A stretch of DNA of 60,101 nt from Promethearchaeota archaeon (GTDB lineage: Archaea > Asgardarchaeota > Lokiarchaeia > Sigyniarchaeales > SOKP01). The stretch's first letter is position 1; each line of letters begins with the position of its first letter. A program made the translations under genes and the position numbers. Location: the NCBI GenBank assembly GCA_048940445.1, contig JBHLON010000021.1, positions 1 through 60,101 of the forward strand, read 5' to 3'. Positions 12,768-22,438 of the stretch are shown here, one piece after another. Under the pieces are notes generated by a model. It saw nothing but the letters and a program-made list of their open reading frames with translations. It ran no database searches and was not told the DNA's origin.

Positions 12768-14186
12768 ATGGAGAATGGAACAGATGATAAAGAAATAGAG
12801 GGATTATTAAAAAAATCAAACAGAAAATTTATCGAAAGAGACTTAATTGAATTCTTAAAGATCCCAAGCAATACTTTAAATAAAAAAGGAATTCAAGATG
12901 CTATGGAGTTTATAATTAGCTATATCTCACCATTTACTCAAAAAGTAGATGAAATTGAAGGTAAAATAAATCCCCTAATCTTTGCAGAAGTAGAGGGCCA
13001 ATTAAAATCATCATTACTGATTTACATGATGTATGATACTCAGCCAGTTCATGATGATACAAAATGGTTTTCAGGTCCTTTTTCTGCTGAAATACGAATC
13101 TTGCCAAAACCATTAGATATGTTAGGAAAATGTATTGTCTCACGAGGAGCGTATAATTCTAAAACTCCTCTTCTAAGCTTTTTAAATGTCATAAAGATCC
13201 TAAAGGAAAGTAAAAAGTTACCAATCTCTTTGCTCTTATTATTTGATGGAGAAGAAGAAGTTGGATCACCTACATTATTAAAATTTTTGAAGAATCAAAA
13301 AGATCTATTTAAAAAATGTGGCAATGCATATTATCCTGCTGCTAAGTTAGACTTGGAGGGAAAAGCAGTACTTAAATTAGGATATAAGGGTATTCTTTCC
13401 CTCAATATTAAGCTATTTTCTGAAAATGAAGAGACTCACTCTGCTTATAGTTCGATCATACCAAACCCTGCAGTTGAATTAATATGTTTGTTAAATCATA
13501 TTTATTCCGAAAATAAATTCAATATTCCCTCTTTAAAAAGGACATACAAACTAAACAATCAAGAAGAAATAATAATAGATACCTTAAGTAATAAAATCGA
13601 TATTAACAAAATAAAGATGAAGGCAGGAATTACTCAAACATTTGAAGAAAATGCAAAAGAAGCATTTATTGACTTTTTATTTAATCCCACATTTAATATT
13701 TCTACTTTAAAGTCGGGCTATTTGGGAGAAGGCATAAAAAATATAGTTCCTATTAGTGCGGAATGTAATATTGATATTAGATTTTCTCATGATATTTCGG
13801 TTGGTGAAATTTATAAAGAAATAAAAAGTTTAATTGAAAAATTTGCTGAAAAATCGAAATTACAAGTAAAATTAACCAAAAATATTTGTTATGAAGGTTC
13901 TAGAGTTAGTATAAACTCAAAGCTTACAACAAGTTTATTAAAAAGCTTTCAGACACTAAAGGTAAAAGCTGAAATTTGGCCATTGAGTGCAGCATCAGCC
14001 CCATTAAGCCAAATTCAAAAAGATTTGGGCTTAGATTTTATAGTTGGTGGTTTAGGGTTGGGCGGTTATGCTCATTCTCCAAATGAGTTTATTCAAGTTG
14101 ATTCAATATTGAACATGCGTCTTTCTAACTATTACTTTTTAAAATATTATTCTAAAGATAATTCAAAATTGTTGAAAACAAATTAG
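12768..14186 (+). CDS. M20/M25/M40 family metallohydrolase with atypical metal ligands
   Basis: YMMYDTQP, SRGA, DGEEEVGS, GYKG, HS, HSPNE. Confidence 0.85.
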   Translation: MENGTDDKEIEGLLKKSNRKFIERDLIEFLKIPSNTLNKKGIQDAMEFIISYISPFTQKVDEIEGKINPLIFAEVEGQLKSSLLIYMMYDTQPVHDDTKWFSGPFSAEIRILPKPLDMLGKCIVSRGAYNSKTPLLSFLNVIKILKESKKLPISLLLLFDGEEEVGSPTLLKFLKNQKDLFKKCGNAYYPAAKLDLEGKAVLKLGYKGILSLNIKLFSENEETHSAYSSIIPNPAVELICLLNHIYSENKFNIPSLKRTYKLNNQEEIIIDTLSNKIDINKIKMKAGITQTFEENAKEAFIDFLFNPTFNISTLKSGYLGEGIKNIVPISAECNIDIRFSHDISVGEIYKEIKSLIEKFAEKSKLQVKLTKNICYEGSRVSINSKLTTSLLKSFQTLKVKAEIWPLSAASAPLSQIQKDLGLDFIVGGLGLGGYAHSPNEFIQVDSILNMRLSNYYFLKYYSKDNSKLLKTN

Positions 14187-14328
14187 TTTTAAAATTAAAT
14201 TACCTTGATCCAAATTAAAATATGGGATTATGTATAAATTATTTAATTTAAAATACATTTTTTGAACTATAAATTATAGATATATTAAATTTTTGAGTAA
14301 AGCTAGATAGTCTTTAATAAATTCTAAT

Positions 14329-14883
14329 ATGAGGTACTGGAAAATGGAAAGTGATGCGATGTATAAAGTATGCCTTTTTGGAGATGGAGGAGTGGGAAAA
14401 ACGACACTAGTTACAAGATATCTAACAGGAATCTTCAAAGGTAATTCCACAATGACAATTGGAGTAGACTTTCACGTAAAAAAAATAAAAGTAGAAGGAA
14501 AAAGAGTTAGTCTACAAATATGGGATTTTGCTGGTGAAGATCGTTTTAGATTTTTATTACCAAGCTATGTTGTAGGCTCTTCTGGTGGAATTTTCATGTA
14601 TGATATTACAAGGTACTCGAGCTTGAAGAACTTTAAAGATTGGATAGAGATTTTCAAAAAAGGATATATTGGAGATAAAGAACAGTTATTACCTGTCATT
14701 ATGGTTGGTGGAAAATTAGATTTACAATATAAACGAACAGTTTCTACTCAGGATGCATATGATTTAGCAAAAAGCTATAATTTATATGGATATATTGAAT
14801 GTTCATCTAAGGATGGCCGTAATGTAGAAGAGATTTTTATTGAAATGGGTAAAATAATGTTGCATAGATCCGGCATTTTATGA
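14329..14883 (+). CDS. Rab-like small GTPase
   Basis: G1 GDGGVGKT, TIGVDF, G3 WDFAGEDRF, G4 GKLD, G5 CSSK; no prenylation cysteine. Confidence 0.93.
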   Translation: MRYWKMESDAMYKVCLFGDGGVGKTTLVTRYLTGIFKGNSTMTIGVDFHVKKIKVEGKRVSLQIWDFAGEDRFRFLLPSYVVGSSGGIFMYDITRYSSLKNFKDWIEIFKKGYIGDKEQLLPVIMVGGKLDLQYKRTVSTQDAYDLAKSYNLYGYIECSSKDGRNVEEIFIEMGKIMLHRSGIL

Positions 14884-14956
14884 AACTCTAAAAATTCTCT
14901 TACTAGGGATTGACTCTTTTAATACCTTATCTTAGCTTGCACAAAATTTTCATCGA

Positions 14957-15301
14957 TTATTTCGATCTTAGTTCCGCTCTATTAATTAAGTAAATTAAAT
15001 GGGATCCATACATACTTTTATTAGCAATATAAGAAAATTCCACATTGTTCTCATTTGTATTTCTATAAATCGTTTCAAATATTAAAATGGTTTGTCCCAA
15101 ATTTAGTTCTTTCTTATAAGAATATATTATTACATTATCAGAATAATATTCAACTCTTTTTTGGCGAGTACGAGCTTTTTCTATCAGATCTTCTAATTCT
15201 TTCGAAAAAGAGGAACTACTATCTCTTACAACTATATTTAATTCTCCAATTATATCTAAATCCTCTAAATTCTCTATATTTATATCCTCTAAATCCTCCA
15301 T
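14957..15301 (-). CDS. Hypothetical protein
   Basis: 114-aa ORF with upstream GAGGT-like RBS. Confidence 0.55.
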   Translation of the reverse strand: MEDLEDINIENLEDLDIIGELNIVVRDSSSSFSKELEDLIEKARTRQKRVEYYSDNVIIYSYKKELNLGQTILIFETIYRNTNENNVEFSYIANKSMYGSHLIYLINRAELRSK

Positions 15302-15441
15302 ACCTAAAACCTCAAAAATTTAATGCACCTAAGTAATAAAAATTCTAGATTAAAAAAATTCTCTTTTAGATAATTGGTGTTATCAAAAGTATCTATAATT
15401 TATAAAACTACATAAAAAGAATCTATATAACTTTTAAGAGA

Positions 15442-16287
15442 TTAGGACATAAAAATGTCGTTTAATTTTTCTAAAACAATATCTGGTATTAAATTTTTAT
15501 CAAAACTTGTCCTTTTCTTTGATTTTATCTGATCTAACTCATTTCGTGAAGTAACACCAGTTAATACCAGTGCAGTCTTTATACGTGCTAAATTTCCTGC
15601 TGCAATATCAGTATTTAAACGGTCCCCAAAGATAACAGCTTTGTTAGGTTCTATTTTGGCTTCTCTGAGAATTAATTCAATACCATATGGTTCAGGTTTC
15701 CCAAAGATCTTAATCGGTTTAATACCAGTACAAAATTCAAGGGCCTTTACCATTACACCTGCACCTGGTAAAAATCCATCAGCAACTGGTAGGGTCGCAT
15801 CAGCATTAGTAGCATAAAATTGAGCTTTTCCTTCTAAAAGACACTTCTGGGCAAATGCTAAACTGTTATAGTTAAAATCGCGATCTAAACCTACAATTAC
15901 GAAATCTACTTCTTTATAATCTGATTTAGCAGTCATTATTTCATGTCCATAAGCCTTTAATTCCTCTTTTAACCCAATTTCACCAATTATAAAGATTTTT
16001 GCTTTCTCTTTTAATTTTGAAATCTCTTTAGCGGTGATTGAAGCACTTGTATAGAAGTCATTAATTTGACTATTTATATTAAATTGTTTTAATTTATCAA
16101 CATACATCTGACGAGAAGCAGTGGAATTGTTTGAATTATAAACTACTTTTATTGATATTTGTTTCAATTGATGAATTACTTTATCTACACCTAAGATTAA
16201 TTGATCCCCTCTATAAACAATTCCATCTAAATCAAAAATAGCTAATTCAATCCCCTGAAATTCTTTAATTAAATCAGCCACTGTCAA
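15442..16287 (-). CDS. HAD-IIA (NagD-type) phosphatase
   Basis: FDLDG, SNNS, ATNAD, GKP, GDRLNTDI, TGV. Confidence 0.92.
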   Translation of the reverse strand: MTVADLIKEFQGIELAIFDLDGIVYRGDQLILGVDKVIHQLKQISIKVVYNSNNSTASRQMYVDKLKQFNINSQINDFYTSASITAKEISKLKEKAKIFIIGEIGLKEELKAYGHEIMTAKSDYKEVDFVIVGLDRDFNYNSLAFAQKCLLEGKAQFYATNADATLPVADGFLPGAGVMVKALEFCTGIKPIKIFGKPEPYGIELILREAKIEPNKAVIFGDRLNTDIAAGNLARIKTALVLTGVTSRNELDQIKSKKRTSFDKNLIPDIVLEKLNDIFMS

Positions 16288-16288
16288 A

Positions 16289-17410
16289 TTACCATCCTAC
16301 ATGCAAACCTAATAATAAAATAAAAAATTGAATCCCTATTGGAATAAAAATTGGATTTAATATGTTATCTGCTGTTACAGCTGGTAAATAATCAGTCACG
16401 AAAAAGATTAATGCTCCCACTATGGCATAAATAGGTCCAACAAAAATTAGTCCAATTATATAAGCCACAGTTGTTCCTGCGATAAAACCCTCAATAGATT
16501 TTACATCCTTACTCCTTAAAAGAATCTTATGTTTCCCAAACTTTCTTCCAATCAGAGCCGCGGCTGCATCAGAGAAGCATGCAATCAATATTCCTGCATA
16601 AAAAACTTCAAGGTAAAGAATATTTGCCATATACAACATATAAGAAAATACGATTCCAGTAATAATATAAATTTGTGGACCTAATGCATTCTTTTCTTTA
16701 TTTCTAAGAATGGACCGACTAATAAAGTTAAAAAGGGAATATTCAGGGCCTTTTATTACACGAAGTAAATCAGATATTAGCGCAAATATTAATGCACCTA
16801 ATAAACCCATCATCGTAAGACCAATGACAGCTTGATTATCTCCAAGTACATAAGGAAAAAGTGAGACACTCCCCCATAAAAGTTCATATGATGATTTTAA
16901 TTGATAAATTAGAATGATAACTCCATCGCTAATTAATAATGTGAGAATAGGAGCAAATACTACCAATAATCCCATTAAATGAAAACTTTTTCTTATTAGT
17001 TCCATTTTAAAAGGAATTTCCTCTTTATAAGGATTCTCTATTGTCATTTTTTCGATAAATCTTCTCAAACGAGATTTTTCTTCTTTAGCAATGTCCTTAT
17101 AATCGTGATATTTTTTTATTTTTAATCTAATAATCATAACAAAGATACCGTTGAGAAGGAGATTAATCCCTATCCACCAGACCATGAAACCATTATAAGG
17201 GTAAGGAAAAAAGTGGAAAAGAAGATTGTATAGTCCAAAAGCAACTAAACAAGCCCCGGTAAGCACCGTGGAAACCGCTCCATATCGATTTTTAGCCTTA
17301 TGACCGCCGTATGCAATAAACACCATTATAAGAGCAAATATGAAAAGAATCAATGATAATCCTAAATTATATATAAAATCAACAAGAGCCCAGAAGTCCA
17401 TATTAATCAT
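16289..17410 (-). CDS. Dolichol/phytol kinase-like (CTP-dependent) integral membrane protein
   Basis: ELIRKSFH, SDAAAALIGRKFG, KSIEG, DNI; multiple TM helices. Confidence 0.85.
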   Translation of the reverse strand: MINMDFWALVDFIYNLGLSLILFIFALIMVFIAYGGHKAKNRYGAVSTVLTGACLVAFGLYNLLFHFFPYPYNGFMVWWIGINLLLNGIFVMIIRLKIKKYHDYKDIAKEEKSRLRRFIEKMTIENPYKEEIPFKMELIRKSFHLMGLLVVFAPILTLLISDGVIILIYQLKSSYELLWGSVSLFPYVLGDNQAVIGLTMMGLLGALIFALISDLLRVIKGPEYSLFNFISRSILRNKEKNALGPQIYIITGIVFSYMLYMANILYLEVFYAGILIACFSDAAAALIGRKFGKHKILLRSKDVKSIEGFIAGTTVAYIIGLIFVGPIYAIVGALIFFVTDYLPAVTADNILNPIFIPIGIQFFILLLGLHVGW

Positions 17411-17482
17411 TTAAACATCAATTTACTTATTTTAATAATTAATAATCAAATAATTATACTTTGGTTTCTAAATATCTTTGGT

Positions 17483-18544
17483 ATGGATCAATTTGAAACA
17501 GATTTCATTAAAACACTGCAAACAAAAGAGACATCCACGGTTCCCTTATATTGTCCTGGATACCCTGAAGTAACCTTCTTAAATAGGTATATCAACTTAT
17601 ATAAAATTAATGTTAAATCATCAGATTTTTTCCTAAATCAAAAGAATTTCGATATTATAAAGAGGTTAGGATTCGATGCTATTTCTCTATGGGATTTCAG
17701 ACGAGGACCAGGAGGTTATTCGGTAAATAAGCAAATTAGAGTGGATGGGTGGGGGAGAATCTATAAGAATGATTGGTATCAATGGGATGGTGTTTTCAAA
17801 AGTAAAAGTATAATCGATAATTGGGATCATTTAATTCTTCCAACTGAAGAAAGTTTAATGCTATTAGAAAAAATGTGGCCTCAATTAAAGCAAAAGCTGA
17901 ATATCGTTTTATCACTACCAGGTTTATTCGAAAAGACATGGCAATCAATGGGATTCCTCTATTTTTCAAGATGTCTAAAAAAAGAAAAATTCTCTCTTAT
18001 TTCAAGTGTAATTAATTTCTTTTCAGATTATTTAAAGAAATTGATAATAACATTGCAGAAAATTGGGGTTAACCTATTTCTTGTTGCTGATGATTGTGCT
18101 TATAAGAAAAACGAGTTTATTTCAACGAGTCTATGGAAAAAGCTGTTTCTTGTAAAATACCAAGAAATTGTAAAACATATCCACCATAAACATAATTTGG
18201 TCATTTTACACTCTGATGGTTACATTCCGAATTTTTTGGATGCATTTTTGGAAATCGGATTTGATGCAATACAGGGTTTTGAACCAAGTGCGGGAGTTGA
18301 TATATTTCAACTCTTTGAAAAATTTACAAACCAAATATGTTTCATTGGCAATCTTGATATCGCTATTCACTTAACTTTTGGATCTGTCACCCAAGTTAAA
18401 AAATATGTCATAAAATTAATGACAAAAGCTCAGAAGAATAATGTCTCTTTAATAATAAGTCCAACTCAGCAAATAAACGCAAAAGTCAAGCCCGAAAATA
18501 TAAATATAATGATTGAAACTACTAAGTCTCATAACTTATTATAA
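17483..18544 (+). CDS. Uroporphyrinogen decarboxylase / MtaA family protein
   Basis: DGWGR, ADD, HSDG, GFEP, GNLD, PEN. Confidence 0.8.
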   Translation: MDQFETDFIKTLQTKETSTVPLYCPGYPEVTFLNRYINLYKINVKSSDFFLNQKNFDIIKRLGFDAISLWDFRRGPGGYSVNKQIRVDGWGRIYKNDWYQWDGVFKSKSIIDNWDHLILPTEESLMLLEKMWPQLKQKLNIVLSLPGLFEKTWQSMGFLYFSRCLKKEKFSLISSVINFFSDYLKKLIITLQKIGVNLFLVADDCAYKKNEFISTSLWKKLFLVKYQEIVKHIHHKHNLVILHSDGYIPNFLDAFLEIGFDAIQGFEPSAGVDIFQLFEKFTNQICFIGNLDIAIHLTFGSVTQVKKYVIKLMTKAQKNNVSLIISPTQQINAKVKPENINIMIETTKSHNLL

Positions 18545-18813
18545 TTGCCTTACAAACTTTTCAGAAAAAAACCTTTCATTTCTCTCAAATAAATTATTAG
18601 AAAGACATTATCTTATTGTATTAAACAATTTTATGCACTTTTATCCAGATATTATACAACTTAATAAACTAATAATAAGGAACATTTTTATATATAAAAC
18701 GAATAAAAAAAAATAAATAACACAATCTACTTTAAATATAAATATGGTTTAAGATAATTATTATCTAATAAATTATCAAGTTTCTTTAAGAATAACTAAA
18801 AGTGAAGGAGTAA

Positions 18814-19194
18814 TTGAGCGAGATGGAACCCAGTACCCCCGAAAATCTTGATGAACTTTTGAAAAAACTCTTGTCAGCTATCCCGGAAGTAAAAGCCGCA
18901 GCCATAGTATCGGCGGAAGGGCTTCCAATTGCTTCGGCTCTTCCACGAGATGTTGATGAAACAAGAATTGCCGCAATGACCGCAGCTTTACTCTCCTTAT
19001 CCGAAAGAGCTATTATCGAGATGAATAAAGGCGATTTTGACCAGCTGTACATTAAGGGAAGTGATGGCTATCTTTTAATTCTCCAAGCTGGTCCAAATGC
19101 TGTACTAACAGTGTCTGCAGATAAAGACGTACGACTTGGGTTAATCTTACTGGATTGCAGGCGCACATGTGAAAAGATAGCTCAACTCATTTAA
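18814..19194 (+). CDS. Roadblock/LC7 (MglB-like) protein
   Basis: AAAIVSAEGLPIASALP, IAAMTAALLSLSER, G..GY, LGL; GAAGGAG RBS, TTG start. Confidence 0.93.
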   Translation: MSEMEPSTPENLDELLKKLLSAIPEVKAAAIVSAEGLPIASALPRDVDETRIAAMTAALLSLSERAIIEMNKGDFDQLYIKGSDGYLLILQAGPNAVLTVSADKDVRLGLILLDCRRTCEKIAQLI

Positions 19195-19309
19195 ATTATT
19201 ACAAAAGTATCTATTTTATCTATTTTATATTATGTTATAATTTTTATCTAAAGCCAAAGACTATCTTATCCTAAAAAGATTTAAAAATAACTTTTTTTAT
19301 TAATCTTTT

Positions 19310-20059
19310 ATGACATATACCCCTTTTGAGATTCGAGTCTTACCAATATTTCCTTACTACCTTATTCTTTCTGTTTTTGGGATTTTCTTAACTATAAAGA
19401 TGTATTTTAAATGGCGTGAGAGAAAAGTAACTCCTCCACTTTATCTTTCTATCACTTTTACCTTTTTTACATTGGCATTAATAATGTTGGCAGTAGGTTT
19501 AGCCGAAGCAATTATTACGGGATTTTATAAAGAAATTTATCGTTTTTCTTTACCTTTTGCGTATTCAATGGTTGTTTTTGCGGATATTTTCCTATACAAA
19601 TTCGTAAGTCAAATTACAAATAAAGGGAAGAGTTTATTCATTCCATTGATTCTAATAGGAATCCTCATAGTAATTATGCTGTTTTTACCCTGGAATTGGT
19701 GGGGCGTTCCACCGGTAGATTATGAAGGGCAATTAAATATTCGATTATTTTCAACATTAAGTTTGGTATTATATTCATACTTAATTTATATCATCATTGC
19801 TGTGACATGTAGAAGAGCTATGAAGGAAACTGATGACAAAATTGCTTTAACAGGTCTAAAACTATTGTTTTATGCGATGATATGTATGATCTTCTTTTTC
19901 TTAATGTTTATAGGAGACACATTAATGATTGTTTTACTAAATCATCCTGGATACTCAATATTTGTGTATATTGCGTGGATTTTTGCTGTAGCTTTTTACA
20001 TATTAACTTATTTGTCTCTTGTTATGCCAAAATGGCTGGTAAAAAGGATAAAAAAATAA
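19310..20059 (+). CDS. Seven-transmembrane membrane protein without output domain
   Basis: Seven hydrophobic segments counted; C-terminal MPKWL..K. Confidence 0.75.
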   Translation: MTYTPFEIRVLPIFPYYLILSVFGIFLTIKMYFKWRERKVTPPLYLSITFTFFTLALIMLAVGLAEAIITGFYKEIYRFSLPFAYSMVVFADIFLYKFVSQITNKGKSLFIPLILIGILIVIMLFLPWNWWGVPPVDYEGQLNIRLFSTLSLVLYSYLIYIIIAVTCRRAMKETDDKIALTGLKLLFYAMICMIFFFLMFIGDTLMIVLLNHPGYSIFVYIAWIFAVAFYILTYLSLVMPKWLVKRIKK

Positions 20060-20221
20060 AATTTACATTCTTTTTTTTTATTTTTTGTTTTGCTTCAATT
20101 TATAATTGTTTTTTGAAGGTAATTAAAGAACCCTATTTGTTTCCTTCTGTTCGGAGGAAAACCAAAAATTATTAATTTTATGGCATATTTTATAGGTTAA
20201 TCATATTTCATCTGTTTATCT

Positions 20222-20226
20222 GGTGT
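20222..20226 (+). promoter_or_regulatory. Shine-Dalgarno GGTGT 6 nt upstream of the ATT start of rpoE1
   Basis: GGTGT-CCTGCA-ATT. Confidence 0.6.
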
Positions 20227-20232
20227 CCTGCA

Positions 20233-20829
20233 ATTTTTAAACTCTTTCAAATTCAAGGTAAAATTGAGATTCCTCCGTTCTTATTTGATCAACCTAAAGA
20301 AGTTTCGGCTCGCATAATTCTCTCTGAGGATTATGAGGGAATAATTACGAAAGATTATGGATTTATAATTGCTATAGTCGATGTCGTTGATGTTGGACCT
20401 GGAATTATCATTCCTGGAAATGCCAACACATTTCATGAAGTGGAGTTTACAATTCTAGCCTTTAAACCAGTTATCTCAGAGGTTGTGGAAGGAGAAGTTG
20501 TAGAAGTAGTAGATTTCGGAGCTTTCATAAGACTAGGACCTTTAGATGGGCTAGTTCATGTATCTCAGATCTGTGATGATTATATTTCCTACGAACAAGT
20601 AGGAAATCGATTCATCGGGAAGGAAACGGGAAAAATTCTGGAAGTTAATGATGTTGTAAGATCAAAGATTATTGCTGTTTCATTAGGTACCGGTAGAAGT
20701 GGGAAATTAGGATTAACAATGAGACAAAAATTCTTAGGTAAAGAAGAGTGGATTACACAAGATATTGAAGAAGAGTTTTCGGCGAAAGAAGAAAAAAAGA
20801 CAGATGAAAAAGCCGATATTGAAAAATAA
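20233..20829 (+). CDS. rpoE1: DNA-directed RNA polymerase subunit E' (Rpo7); probable ATT start at 20233 (track start 20440 is internal)
   Basis: Frame extends upstream as (I)FKLFQIQGKIEIPPFLF...YEG...G.IIAI; S1 domain DFGAFIRLGPLDGLVHVSQI; in-frame TAA at 20173 with no ATG/GTG/TTG before 20440. Confidence 0.92.
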   Translation: MFKLFQIQGKIEIPPFLFDQPKEVSARIILSEDYEGIITKDYGFIIAIVDVVDVGPGIIIPGNANTFHEVEFTILAFKPVISEVVEGEVVEVVDFGAFIRLGPLDGLVHVSQICDDYISYEQVGNRFIGKETGKILEVNDVVRSKIIAVSLGTGRSGKLGLTMRQKFLGKEEWITQDIEEEFSAKEEKKTDEKADIEK

Positions 20830-20839
20830 AGATAAAGAA

Positions 20840-20844
20840 GGTGT
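20840..20844 (+). promoter_or_regulatory. Shine-Dalgarno GGTGT 6 nt upstream of the ATT start of spt4
   Basis: AAGGTGT-ATTACT-ATT. Confidence 0.65.
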
Positions 20845-20850
20845 ATTACT

Positions 20851-21042
20851 ATTTCAAAAGAGCGCGCATGTAAGAATTGCCATTTAATAACAAAAAATGA
20901 GCAAATCTGTCCTAAATGTAAAACTCACAGTCTAAGTGATGATTTTACAGGGGAAGTTATAATTATACAACCTCAAGAATCAAAATTTGCTGAATACTTG
21001 AAAATTCATTTTCCTGGTAAGTATGCGTTAAGAGTTCGCTAA
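20851..21042 (+). CDS. spt4: Transcription elongation factor Spt4 (RpoE''), ATT start; missed by ORF track
   Basis: Manual translation (I)SKERACKNCHLITKNEQICPKCKTHSLSDDFTGEVIIIQPQESKFAEYLKIHFPGKYALRVR; conserved position after rpoE1. Confidence 0.93.
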   Translation: MSKERACKNCHLITKNEQICPKCKTHSLSDDFTGEVIIIQPQESKFAEYLKIHFPGKYALRVR

Positions 21043-21626
21043 TGTTCTTGCAATATTGATAAAAACTTTTTGACGGCTTTCTGTATTCTCTTATCTAATT
21101 CCACCATCACTATTCCTTCTGGAATAGGTTGTTTTGAATCTGTGATAGGAGGTTGTCCATAAAATATTAAATCTTTTAAATTTTTATCATAATTTAATTC
21201 GGAAATGAGGGGAAGAACTAATAGATCTTCCTCTCCTTCTACAATTTTGATCAATGTTTTTCTTTTTGAAAATAAAATTTTTTTAAATAAATTAAAGCTT
21301 TCTATGTTGATTGTACCTTTTGGGTTCTTAAATTCAATGATCTCCTCAAATAGTTCCTGAGAATTAATAATGATTTTATCTCTTTGAGTTTTTTCATCAA
21401 CAACACAGACACGAATATAATTATTTAAAAAGTTATTTTCAATAAAATCATTAGATACAATATCACCAACAAGGTAAATATTAACTTTAAAGCCCGAATT
21501 TAAAAATTTTCTAATGATTTTCTCAACTTTAGGGATAGTTTCTGTCCTAGTACCAGAAATTAATTTTCCTAATGGTTTGGTAAATTTTGTTCTCTCTTTT
21601 TCGGGTAAATTTAACATTTCCGACAT
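21039..21626 (-). CDS. dpcK: DUF359 family GTP-dependent dephospho-CoA kinase
   Basis: PLG, VGDIV, VDEKTQR, NPKGTI, EGEEDLL, YGQP, EG motifs. Confidence 0.88.
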   Translation of the reverse strand: MSEMLNLPEKERTKFTKPLGKLISGTRTETIPKVEKIIRKFLNSGFKVNIYLVGDIVSNDFIENNFLNNYIRVCVVDEKTQRDKIIINSQELFEEIIEFKNPKGTINIESFNLFKKILFSKRKTLIKIVEGEEDLLVLPLISELNYDKNLKDLIFYGQPPITDSKQPIPEGIVMVELDKRIQKAVKKFLSILQEH

Positions 21627-21770
21627 CTCTTACTTTGATTTAGGTTCAAATTCATTACAATATTCAAAAAACCAAAATTTTATTTCTTATTGTTCTTTAA
21701 TGTTTTATAACTTTATATATTCTTTAAGTTATCTGATCTACATAGAATTACAATCGTTAAAAGGTTCACA

Positions 21771-22124
21771 ATGTCATTTGAAATCAAGATTTTAGAAGAA
21801 AAAAAGAATCCTTTAATAGATAGGACTGAATTGAAATTCAGAATTGAACATTTTGGACAAGGAACTCCTAACAGGTTGGAATTAAAAAAAAAAATCGCTG
21901 ATTTGAAAAAGTCAAATGAAAAATTGACTATTATCAGAAATATCAAAACTCATTTTGGTTCTGGTCATGATATCGGTATTGCGCACATCTATGAAAATGC
22001 AAATGAACTACAATATTTTGAACCATTTCACGTTCAAACAAGGAATTTAGAAAAAGAAACACGGACAGAAATATATAAATTAAAAAAGAGAAAAGAATCT
22101 TTTAAGCATTTATTTGAATATTAA
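21771..22124 (+). CDS. rps24e: 30S ribosomal protein S24e
   Basis: NPLIDRTE, TPNR, T.FG, AHIYE. Confidence 0.92.
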   Translation: MSFEIKILEEKKNPLIDRTELKFRIEHFGQGTPNRLELKKKIADLKKSNEKLTIIRNIKTHFGSGHDIGIAHIYENANELQYFEPFHVQTRNLEKETRTEIYKLKKRKESFKHLFEY

Positions 22125-22150
22125 TGATTAACTTTTAAAGTGACTTAATT

Positions 22151-22372
22151 ATGGCCAATACATCAAATTTATATAAAATTGAAGGAAATAAATTAATAAG
22201 AACTCATAGAACATGTCCTAAATGCGGACCCTCTTATTTTCTTGCTGATCATTACGACAGATCATCTTGTGGGAAATGCGGCTATACAGTATTCAAAAGA
22301 AAGGGAAGTAAAGGAGCAGCTAAAGTAGCTTCTAGAAGAACTCCAAGAAAACGCATGAAATCAAAAGAGTAA
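22151..22372 (+). CDS. rps27ae: 30S ribosomal protein S27ae
   Basis: CPKCG..FLADH.DR..CGKCGYT; basic C-terminal tail. Confidence 0.95.
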   Translation: MANTSNLYKIEGNKLIRTHRTCPKCGPSYFLADHYDRSSCGKCGYTVFKRKGSKGAAKVASRRTPRKRMKSKE

Positions 22373-22438
22373 TAAAAGAGATAATTAATTTTCTTTTGGA
22401 TTTTGTCTATTTTTCCAAAATTTCGCTAATAGATATAA

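Noticed and set aside
18513-18716. 67-aa plus-strand ORF between the UroD-like and roadblock genes, and similarly 19882-20175
   Set aside because: Low-complexity AT-rich intergenic or overlapping sequence with no RBS or motif
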